From: Myxococcales bacterium
GTDB taxonomy: Bacteria > Myxococcota_A > UBA9042
Reading direction: 5' to 3'
NCBI GenBank assembly: GCA_037441385.1
Contig: JBBISH010000099.1
Span: 1 to 24,352, forward strand
DNA length: 24,352 nt
The translations under genes were made by a program, and so were the position numbers. Under the pieces are notes generated by a model that saw only the letters and a program-made list of their open reading frames with translations, made no database searches and had not been told where the DNA came from. Of this stretch, positions 8,828-16,480 are shown in pieces (positions within the stretch are counted from its first letter, which is position 1; each line of letters starts with the position of its first letter).

Positions 8828-10459
8828 ATGTCGCGTAGTTTCAACCTGTTCCTTGTACTGGTGTTGGTCTTGGGCGCAACCGTCCTGCGCCCCGCCAGCG
8901 TGCGCGCCGACGAACCGGCCGAAGCGGCGTGGAAGGCGGCCCCCAGTGCCGATGCCGCCGAACAGGCCGCGCGCGCCGCCCTGGACAAGGGGCAATTGGC
9001 CCGCGGTCTCAACTGGATCGAGCGCATGGTCCGGTCGCCTGGCCTAAGGCCGGCGCAAACCGCGTGGGCCGCCAAGATGCGCGCCGACCTGAAATGGAAG
9101 GCCGTGGATGCCGGTTTTGGCCAATTGCAGGTGACGGTGGTCCCCAGCCAGGCCCACGTCACCGTGGACGGCAAGCAATTGCTGCCCGTGGGCGGCAATC
9201 ACATGGTTTGGCTGTCCGAGGGCGGCCACCAAGTCGTCGCCACCGCGCCGGAGCACGGCAATTTCGACCAGTTCGTCAACGTGGTTCGGGGCGAAAAGCG
9301 CGAAATCGACATCCACTTGCCGCTTACTCGCGCGCCGGTGCTGATCCTAGAGGTTCGGCCAGCTTGCGACGTCTATGTCGACCAGGTGCGCATGGGGTCA
9401 AGCAGCAAGAGCCGGTTTACGGTAACGCCTGGGCCGCACTTGGTCGAGCTGCGTCTGGACGGATTCGTCAACTATATCGCTACCCTACACTTTGTCATGG
9501 GCGAGGAGAAGCGCCTGGGTGTGCAGCTGGTCAAAAGGGGCGATGAAGGACCGAGCGGCCCCAAGGTCAGCGACGTGGACCGTCCGATTCTGGATAGCGA
9601 GCGCCAAGACCATGGCGAGACGGGGCCGGACCTGGCCGCCGGGCCCCAGGTCGAATCGCCGATCTCGGGCCGCAAAACCCAGCGTGTCTCTGTCGATCGG
9701 CAACCCAAGGCCACCACCGGCGGACCAGATCACCCGGTCGTCGGCGGACCGGGCGCGTCCGGATCCAGCGGCGCCGAGGCGCCGGGCGGGGGCTCTGGCC
9801 CAGGCGACTATTCGGGGTCGGTGGCGGCCGACGGCCCGTCCCAGCCCTGGTCGGCAAGCACCAAGGGCTGGATGTTGGCTGGTCCCGGCCTTCTCGCGCT
9901 AGCCGGCGGGGCATATTACGCGCTTTCTTCGGCACGTGCGGCAGAGAATGTCAACGAAACCTTAGCGTATGGTGATTCAGGTTACGACGCTGCCTACGAA
10001 AAACAACAGCAGAACACCTACGTGGGCTACGCGGCCATGGGCGCTGGCGCGGTCCTGACCGGCTGGGGCAGCTACTACCTGCTGGCCAAGGGCGGGCTGT
10101 CGCGCACCGGCCGCGGGGCACTTGCCGCTGGCGTGGGCGCTGCTGCGCTGGGCGCCGCCGCGTACGTGTTCCTTGGGGCCCAGACCACGCTGAACAGCAC
10201 CGCGGATTTGCCGGCCAATCACCCCGAGATCGACCGACGCATCGCCGTGGCGCAGTCCAACGCGACCGTGGCCTACGGACTGGGCGGCGCCGGGGCCCTG
10301 GTGGCCAGTCTGGGCGTCTACTGGCTGGTTACCGGCGGAAGCTCATCTAGCGTTCAAGCCGAGTTGCCAAGCCAAACGGCATCAAGCACATCGCATTTTA
10401 CGTTGATTCCCCAAGTATCCACAGGGTTTTCTGGCGCATCGCTTCGCCTCGCCTGGTAG
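8828..10459 (+). CDS. PEGA domain-containing exported protein, 543 aa
   Basis: Signal peptide (..ASVRA-D), two PEGA-like repeats (GQLQVTVVPSQAHVTVDG..GGHQV; VYVDQV..PGPHLVELRLDGF), Gly/Pro linker, hydrophobic helix pairs, terminal aromatic residue (SLRLAW). Confidence 0.8.
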   Translation: MSRSFNLFLVLVLVLGATVLRPASVRADEPAEAAWKAAPSADAAEQAARAALDKGQLARGLNWIERMVRSPGLRPAQTAWAAKMRADLKWKAVDAGFGQLQVTVVPSQAHVTVDGKQLLPVGGNHMVWLSEGGHQVVATAPEHGNFDQFVNVVRGEKREIDIHLPLTRAPVLILEVRPACDVYVDQVRMGSSSKSRFTVTPGPHLVELRLDGFVNYIATLHFVMGEEKRLGVQLVKRGDEGPSGPKVSDVDRPILDSERQDHGETGPDLAAGPQVESPISGRKTQRVSVDRQPKATTGGPDHPVVGGPGASGSSGAEAPGGGSGPGDYSGSVAADGPSQPWSASTKGWMLAGPGLLALAGGAYYALSSARAAENVNETLAYGDSGYDAAYEKQQQNTYVGYAAMGAGAVLTGWGSYYLLAKGGLSRTGRGALAAGVGAAALGAAAYVFLGAQTTLNSTADLPANHPEIDRRIAVAQSNATVAYGLGGAGALVASLGVYWLVTGGSSSSVQAELPSQTASSTSHFTLIPQVSTGFSGASLRLAW

Positions 10460-10561
10460 GGCCGCCCGCAGTCCCACAAGCCATCGCGGGTCTCGCGAGT
10501 GCGACTCGGCAGCGCCGCTGAGCGGCGGCGACTTCGCAACACCCTGCAGAACAAGGACAAT

Positions 10562-12472
10562 ATGGTCCAGCACCCCCACCGTCAGCCCAGTCGCCCTGCG
10601 CTCGCCACCGACATGGCCAAGCCCGTCGAGGTGGTGACGATCGCAGCGCCGGCCCAGATCCTGCAGCGCGGGGCGACCTTTGCCGATGCCGATCACAAGC
10701 CCAGCCGCTACACCTTGCCCGCCAGCCTGGATTCGGCGTCGCCGGTGGCGTATCGGACGCGGGTGCCGCTGCCACGCGCCGAGGCCGAGCAAGCGCTGGC
10801 GCTGCTGTCGTTGGCGCGGCCCAGCGCGTTTGCGGCGCCGCAACCTTTGCGCGAGCAAGAGCTTTTTGAGGAAGTGTCGCTGGGCGTCTTATCGGCCCGG
10901 CAGTCGACCAATTTCCGCGGATATCGACAGGTGACCTTTGGTCCCAAGGACTCGGAGCGGTTGGCGCACCTGCTCCGGTCGCTGCAGCACCGCGAAGCCA
11001 GCGTGTTGGATCAAGCCTGCCACACTCACGTGGTGCTGGCGCGGCCCTACCGCACGCCGTTCACGCTGCTGCTGACGTTTGTGGGGCACAAGCCGCTGTG
11101 GTCGCTGGCCTCGGTCGCCAACCGCGCCTGGCACAAGCGGGTTCACCACGGCGACGACATCCCCACCATCGGCTACCTGCCGCAGCTGCACGTGGGCATT
11201 CTGGCCGATGCGATGGAGCGCGCGGCCGTGGTGGCGTCGGCCGGGACGCGCCTGGCACAGGTATTCATGCAGCCCTTCTGCGGCGTGGGGAGGCAGACCA
11301 ACAAGCCGGTCGCGCACGCCCTGGAGGAGCTGTGCGGTTTGACCTTGGCCGACCGAGCCGAGGGCTGGAAAGTGGCGCTGGTAGCGCAGGTAGGTCAGGC
11401 GCTGCCCGCCGAGCAGCCGCGCATCGACCCGAAAGTTCTGCGTAAGATTGGCGCTAATTTGCTGGCTTTCAGAAGCGAGCGTGTTCTTCCAGGTTATAAT
11501 TTTGAAGACAAGGCTCCGGAAGTCTACAAGCATCGCCAGGACATGGACGTGCCCGACGCGCTCGCCGTGCAGTGCGGCCGGGCCGGATACAACGCCTTTG
11601 CCCACTGGACGGGCTGCAACCGCGAACACGCCAAGGAGCTTTTGCTGCTGGACCGCGTCGATTCGCTGACGCCCGATGGCGAACGGCGCCTGGCCGAGAT
11701 GAGCGACCAGCAGAACCGAGTGACCGACAAAGTCATCGAGAACATGCCGCTTTGGGCGGACTTGCCCATGGGCAAAGCCCTGTCGCGCAACGCCGAGCGC
11801 GGCCGCAAGGCCTTTGCTCTGGTGGGTCAGCGCATCTACATCTGTGGCCTGTCGCGGCGCGACGTGCAGCGGGCCGGCCTGGACTGGGACCACGCGGTGC
11901 GCGCGGCCGGCGCGGCGGCGTCGCGGTCGGCGCTGATGGCCGAGCTGATGGGCGCTACGGAGCTGCCCGAAGGGGCGGATCTGCTGGCTGGCATCTGTTT
12001 GATGGCCGGGCCGGTGAACCAGAACGACATCGGCAAACAATTCTACGGCGAAAAAGACCTGCTCGACGAAAACTATGGGGACCGCGACCCAACCTCGCTG
12101 CTCGTGTGGACGCTCAAGGCCAAGACCGTCGCGGACCCGATCGGCAACGAAGAGCAACTGCTGAATCCGGCTCGTAAAGGCGCGCTCGTCGACCTGCGCC
12201 CGGGTCCGCACGAGGTCTGCCAGGTGGCCCAGGCCGGCGCGCTGAAGCCGCTGCGGCAGCAAGGCGGGCGCGTCAACGCCGAACGCGCCTTTGGCGAGCT
12301 GGGCAACTTTGTGACGGCCCCCGATGGCCGCGACATTGCCGGAAATCGCGGCTCTGCGTGGCCTGCGGCGTGGAGCCAGGCGCCCCTGTGGCCCGGAGAT
12401 TTGCCGGCTGCGCGCGCAGCCAGCGGCCCACATGCCGCCGCCCCACACCCCAAAGTCCAAGGTGGACGATGA
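10562..12472 (+). CDS. Hypothetical cytoplasmic protein, 636 aa; possible tandem divergent nitroreductase-like fold
   Basis: Long ORF with globular, enzyme-like composition, AAGGA RBS before ATG 10562 and ATGA overlap with the next gene. The coding call is strong; the fold assignment is inference. Confidence 0.8.
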   Translation: MVQHPHRQPSRPALATDMAKPVEVVTIAAPAQILQRGATFADADHKPSRYTLPASLDSASPVAYRTRVPLPRAEAEQALALLSLARPSAFAAPQPLREQELFEEVSLGVLSARQSTNFRGYRQVTFGPKDSERLAHLLRSLQHREASVLDQACHTHVVLARPYRTPFTLLLTFVGHKPLWSLASVANRAWHKRVHHGDDIPTIGYLPQLHVGILADAMERAAVVASAGTRLAQVFMQPFCGVGRQTNKPVAHALEELCGLTLADRAEGWKVALVAQVGQALPAEQPRIDPKVLRKIGANLLAFRSERVLPGYNFEDKAPEVYKHRQDMDVPDALAVQCGRAGYNAFAHWTGCNREHAKELLLLDRVDSLTPDGERRLAEMSDQQNRVTDKVIENMPLWADLPMGKALSRNAERGRKAFALVGQRIYICGLSRRDVQRAGLDWDHAVRAAGAAASRSALMAELMGATELPEGADLLAGICLMAGPVNQNDIGKQFYGEKDLLDENYGDRDPTSLLVWTLKAKTVADPIGNEEQLLNPARKGALVDLRPGPHEVCQVAQAGALKPLRQQGGRVNAERAFGELGNFVTAPDGRDIAGNRGSAWPAAWSQAPLWPGDLPAARAASGPHAAAPHPKVQGGR

Positions 12473-13434
12473 TGACCACAAACCCGAGCCACGCGGCGCC
12501 GTTGCGAAGAATCTACGAGCGTCCACCCAGCATGGTGCCCGCCTGGACGCGCGCGGTGACGGCAGGCGGCAAGCGCCCCGCCGCACCGCCGACCGGCGAG
12601 ACGCTCGCCCTGCCCAACCTGGAGCTGGAGCTGTGGCCGCAGCGGGCCGACCCAGGGCATCTGGCGCGCTACAAGCAACTGTGTGGTTTTACAGGCGATC
12701 AACGATTGCCGCTGCCCTATCCACAGCTGATGGCCGGGTCACTGCACTTCCACATGCTGACCGACCCACAGTTCCCCTTGCCTCCCGCAGGGTTGGTGCA
12801 CCTGGGCAACCACATCGAGCAGACGCGGCCGCTGCGGCCCGACGATCCGATCCATTTCGCCTGCCGCTTTGGCACCACGGCGCTCACGGCGCGCGGGCTG
12901 GAATTCGAGCTTTTGACCCAGGCCACGGTGTACGGGGAACCGGTGTGGCGGTCCGTGCTGACCATCTTGTCGCGGGCCGTGCGCGACGAGGCCGCAGCCA
13001 AAGCCAAAGCGACCCAAACCGCCTCGGGCAGTCGCCGGGCGCCGCCCGCCCTGCCAGGGACTCCACTTCGGTCCTTGCTGCTGCGCGTGCCCGAAGATAC
13101 AGGCCGGCGCTATGCCGCCGTGGCGGGCGACTACAATCCCATCCACTTGCATCTGATCACCGCAAAACTATTTGGGTTTCCGCGCGCGATTGCGCACGGC
13201 ATGTGGACGTTCTCGCGCACGCTGGCCGAGGCGAGCGACGACCTGCCCCCGGGGCCGCTGCAGTGCGACGTGCGCTTCAGCAAGCCGGTGCTTTTGCCCA
13301 GCACCGTGCAACTGCGCGCCAATCGAATCGATTCTGGCGTCGCCTTTGCCATGAGCAACCGCGACGGGAGCACCCAGCACCTGAGTGGCCAGGTGGTGAC
13401 GCGGACGGCGCCAACCAGGCCGTTTGCCGCTTGA
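12469..13434 (+). CDS. MaoC-like double hot-dog (R)-enoyl-CoA hydratase/dehydratase, 321 aa
   Basis: Hydratase-2 motif YAAVAGDYNPIH..AKLFGFPRAIAHGMW, GLVHLGNHIEQ and VRFSKPVLLP. Confidence 0.9.
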   Translation: MMTTNPSHAAPLRRIYERPPSMVPAWTRAVTAGGKRPAAPPTGETLALPNLELELWPQRADPGHLARYKQLCGFTGDQRLPLPYPQLMAGSLHFHMLTDPQFPLPPAGLVHLGNHIEQTRPLRPDDPIHFACRFGTTALTARGLEFELLTQATVYGEPVWRSVLTILSRAVRDEAAAKAKATQTASGSRRAPPALPGTPLRSLLLRVPEDTGRRYAAVAGDYNPIHLHLITAKLFGFPRAIAHGMWTFSRTLAEASDDLPPGPLQCDVRFSKPVLLPSTVQLRANRIDSGVAFAMSNRDGSTQHLSGQVVTRTAPTRPFAA

Positions 13435-13497
13435 ACCGGTGCGGCGGGGCGTAGATACTGCACAGATGGGCGCGGCTGCCAGCGCCAAGGATCCCGG

Positions 13498-15708
13498 ATG
13501 CGCTCGGCACTCGCTTTGTCTTTTGGCCTTGCTCGGTTCTGCGGCCTAGCCTTGTGGCTATCCCTGGCGGTCGCCGCACCCACCGTGCTCACTGCGTGCA
13601 GTAGCCCAGGCACCAGCACCAACTCGTCGGGCGCCAACGGCTCGCAGAACAGCGATGTTGGCACGATGTTCGGCGACGGCTACACCGTTTTGCCCGACGG
13701 CAAAGTCGTCGAAACGCAGTCGACCTCGGACGCCGTCACCGACAGCGGCAAGGACAGCACGTTCGTGGATGATACCACGTTCAATTGCACACCTGAGGGC
13801 CAAGTCGCGTGTTTCAACGAGACGGTTGTCAAGGCATGTGTCGAAGGCCAATGGCAATTCGCAGAGAAATGCAGTGAAGGGGATGTCTGTCAAAACGGCA
13901 AGTGCGTCACCCCCACCAGCTGCAAAGCCGGCGACGTTGACGGCTGCGACGGTACCCAAAGCGTCAAGATCTGTGCCGAGGGCGGCAACGCCTGGACCAC
14001 CAAGAAGTGCGTCGGCAAGCAACTGTGCATCGACGGCGCCTGCAAAGAAGTCGTGTGTACACCTGGCTTTGGCACCTGCCTCGACAAGGAAAACATCCAG
14101 CTGTGCAAAGCCGACGGCTCTGCCTTTGAGGCGCCCACGACGTGCAAGCCCGGCTCGTTCTGCTTTGGCGGCAAGTGCGTGTCGCTGTGCGAAACCAACT
14201 TGAAAATCAGCAACAACGTGGGCTGCGAGTACTGGACCGTGGACCTGGACACCAGCCACGACACCTTCTCGGCCATCACGACCCCGGGCAACGTTACGCC
14301 CGACTTCTTGCCCCACAGCGTGGTCATCGCCAACCCGGGACAATTCGACGCGGAATTGACGTTCCAGGTCGCCTCGAGCTGCGGCGTCTCCGGTCCGTGC
14401 AAGCCAATCTCGACGTGCGGGGGCAAGAACACCGAATGCAAGGTACCCTCTGGCCCGTACAACCTGGACATCCCCGACAACGTGGTCAAAGCTGGCGGAA
14501 CCAAAGAGTTCAAGATGCCGGTGATGAACGCCGACACCTCGGGGATTTTCCGCAAAGCGATCCGCATCAACTCGACCCAGCCGGTGGTCGCGTTCCAGTT
14601 CAACCCGTTCGACGCCCAGGGCGCCGCAAGCAACGACGGTTCACTGCTTTTGCCCGTGAACACGCTGGGCAAGCACTACATCGCGATCGTGCTGGGCTCG
14701 CGGCCCGAGATCAACTTTGGACCGACGATGCCCTCGCAAAACGGCTACTTCACGGTGGTCGCGACCTCGGCAGGCGAGACCACGGTGACGGTCACTCCCA
14801 CCAGCAAGATCTCGGCCAAACCTCAGTACGGCGTACCACAAGATGGAACGACGCCCACCGCGCTCGAAAGCGGCAAGACGTATACCTTCAAGCTCAAGCA
14901 GTTCGACATCCTGAACCTGGAGCATCTGGGCGAGATGACCCTGGGCAAGTTGACGGACCTCACCGGCACCAAGATCGACTCAGACAAGAATGTCTCGGTT
15001 TTCTGCGGACATGAGGAAGCTGTCATCGGCAACGACGGCCAATCGTCCAACACGGGTACCGACCCCAACGCCAAAGACAGCTGCTGCGCCGAACACATCG
15101 AGGAACAGATGATGCCCATCGAAGCGTGGGGCGCCGAGGTCTACGCCACCAAGACCAAACCGCGTGGAACTGAAAAGGATCTGTACTACATCGTGGCCGG
15201 TGTCGACAACGTGAGCCTGACCACGGTCCCGCCCATCGCCGAGGTCAATGGCAAGGTGCTCGCCAAGGCGGGCGACTACCTGAAGGTCCAGACCGACCAG
15301 AGCTTCATGATCAAGGCCACGGGCAAGATCGAGGTCGCTCAATTCATCGTCAGCCGCGGCCAGACCGAAGACTTCCAGGGCGACCCCAGCATGATGATCG
15401 TGCCGCCCAAGACCCAGTATCGCGAGGAGTATCTGATCCAAACCGCCAACGGCTACGGCGCTGACTGGGTGACGATCGTGCGGCCCAAGGGCATCAAGAT
15501 CCTGGCCGATGGCGCGCAAGTGCCCGACAATACCTTTGTTTCCCTAGGCGACGGCACCTGGGAAATGGCCTACTACAAGGTGACGGTGGGCGCGCACTTC
15601 TTCAAGTCGGACCCTGGCGGCGCTTTTGGCCTGATGGTCTATGGTTACGGCACGTCGGCGCCTACGGCCTACTCGTATCCGGGCGGCATGAACCTGATCG
15701 TGCAGTAG
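13498..15708 (+). CDS. IgGFc-binding-protein N-terminal domain lipoprotein with Cys-rich stalk, 736 aa
   Basis: Lipobox LTAC, Cys-rich repeats, then SNNVGCEYWTVDLD, QFNP, SNDGSLLLPVNTLG, GTKIDSDKNVSVFCGH, HIEEQMMP..WG, GDPSM, VYGY..YSYPGG. Confidence 0.88.
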   Translation: MRSALALSFGLARFCGLALWLSLAVAAPTVLTACSSPGTSTNSSGANGSQNSDVGTMFGDGYTVLPDGKVVETQSTSDAVTDSGKDSTFVDDTTFNCTPEGQVACFNETVVKACVEGQWQFAEKCSEGDVCQNGKCVTPTSCKAGDVDGCDGTQSVKICAEGGNAWTTKKCVGKQLCIDGACKEVVCTPGFGTCLDKENIQLCKADGSAFEAPTTCKPGSFCFGGKCVSLCETNLKISNNVGCEYWTVDLDTSHDTFSAITTPGNVTPDFLPHSVVIANPGQFDAELTFQVASSCGVSGPCKPISTCGGKNTECKVPSGPYNLDIPDNVVKAGGTKEFKMPVMNADTSGIFRKAIRINSTQPVVAFQFNPFDAQGAASNDGSLLLPVNTLGKHYIAIVLGSRPEINFGPTMPSQNGYFTVVATSAGETTVTVTPTSKISAKPQYGVPQDGTTPTALESGKTYTFKLKQFDILNLEHLGEMTLGKLTDLTGTKIDSDKNVSVFCGHEEAVIGNDGQSSNTGTDPNAKDSCCAEHIEEQMMPIEAWGAEVYATKTKPRGTEKDLYYIVAGVDNVSLTTVPPIAEVNGKVLAKAGDYLKVQTDQSFMIKATGKIEVAQFIVSRGQTEDFQGDPSMMIVPPKTQYREEYLIQTANGYGADWVTIVRPKGIKILADGAQVPDNTFVSLGDGTWEMAYYKVTVGAHFFKSDPGGAFGLMVYGYGTSAPTAYSYPGGMNLIVQ

Positions 15709-15747
15709 CCAAGCACCGGCGGTGTGCGCGGAAGCGGCGCCGGGTGG

Positions 15748-15776
15748 TTGACAGCGGCAGACGGTTGCGGCACACT
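15748..15776 (+). promoter_or_regulatory. Sigma70-type promoter for tRNA-Val
   Basis: TTGACA (15748-15753), 17-nt spacer, CACACT (15771-15776), 36 nt upstream of the tRNA. Confidence 0.7.
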
Positions 15777-15812
15777 CTTTCCCGCTTCCGCCCCCTGCGG
15801 GTGGGACGCCGA

Positions 15813-15884
15813 GCGCGCTTAACTCAGCGGTAGAGTATCACCTTCACACGGTGGGAGTCGTAGGTTCAAATCCTACAGCGCGCA
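15813..15884 (+). tRNA. tRNA-Val(CAC), CCA not encoded
   Basis: Acceptor GCGCGCT/AGCGCGC, D arm ACTC-AGCGGTA-GAGT, anticodon arm TCACC-TT-CAC-AC-GGTGG, T arm GTAGG-TTCAAAT-CCTAC, discriminator A followed by CTA. Confidence 0.96.
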
Positions 15885-15901
15885 CTAGGAGTTACGATGT
15901 G

Positions 15902-15935
15902 AAAGCCCTGGGAAACCGGGGCTTTTGCGTTTTTT
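15902..15935 (+). terminator. Rho-independent terminator of tRNA-Val
   Basis: AAAGCCCTGG-GAAA-CCGGGGCTTT stem followed by TGCGTTTTTT. Confidence 0.88.
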
Positions 15936-16090
15936 GCGCCAGGGCCTTCTGCGCGTTCGGCCTTGCCGCCGCGGCCTGCCTGCGCCTGATTCCCCCGCAC
16001 ATTCCGCTGCCTGGCCGACTATGCCTGGGCAGGGCCGGCGCGAGCCTGCTACCTTGATGCCAAGCGCAGCAAGCGCTTCTCTGCATCGCC

Positions 16091-16456
16091 ATGACGACCT
16101 TGACCAATCCCCCCTGTGCGTTCGACCTGCAGATCTGCGAGACGTGCCGCAAGTATCCGGCGCGCGGGGTCAAGGGCGAGCCCGTCAAGCAGTTGATTGC
16201 GGCGGCCAAAGGCTGGGCGCAGGAGCGCGGACGCCAAGTCGCTATCTCAGAAGTGTCGTGTTTGTCGGGATGTGCGGTGGGCTATACCGCCATGATCGAA
16301 ACCCCAGACGCGTCGGTGCGGCTGCATTCGATTTGCGGCGCCGCAGAGCTGGTGACGGTGCTGAACGACGCCGATGGCCTGCTCGCCGGCAAACCCAAGC
16401 CCGAGGCCAAGCGCCACCAACTGTCGCGCACCGACTGGTCGATGTGGCGCGACTGA
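16091..16456 (+). CDS. DUF1636-like Cys-motif thioredoxin-fold (metal-binding) protein, 121 aa
   Basis: ICETC near the N-terminus and EVSCLSGC mid-protein match the DUF1636 pattern; extended -10-like TGCTACCTT at 16047-16055. Confidence 0.65.
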   Translation: MTTLTNPPCAFDLQICETCRKYPARGVKGEPVKQLIAAAKGWAQERGRQVAISEVSCLSGCAVGYTAMIETPDASVRLHSICGAAELVTVLNDADGLLAGKPKPEAKRHQLSRTDWSMWRD

Positions 16457-16480
16457 GTAGATACTAACGATTTCTTCTAT

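Noticed and set aside
6921..9047. 708-aa plus-strand ORF (and similar long ORFs 20258-22678 + and 10889-12586 -)
   Set aside because: They overlap well-supported genes on the opposite strand and have Arg/Ala/Gly-rich shadow composition.
15936..16090. Cobalamin riboswitch expected upstream of the DUF1636-like gene
   Set aside because: No B12-box or GGGAA core motifs visible by eye.
13451..16465. GTAGATACT present at 13451-13459 and 16457-16465, both intergenic
   Set aside because: Only 9 bp with no mobile-element hallmarks between the copies; chance or a promoter-like word cannot be excluded.
1..16480. Integrative element anchored at tRNA-Asn or tRNA-Val
   Set aside because: No integrase or transposase, no duplicated tRNA 3' end and no evident compositional break.
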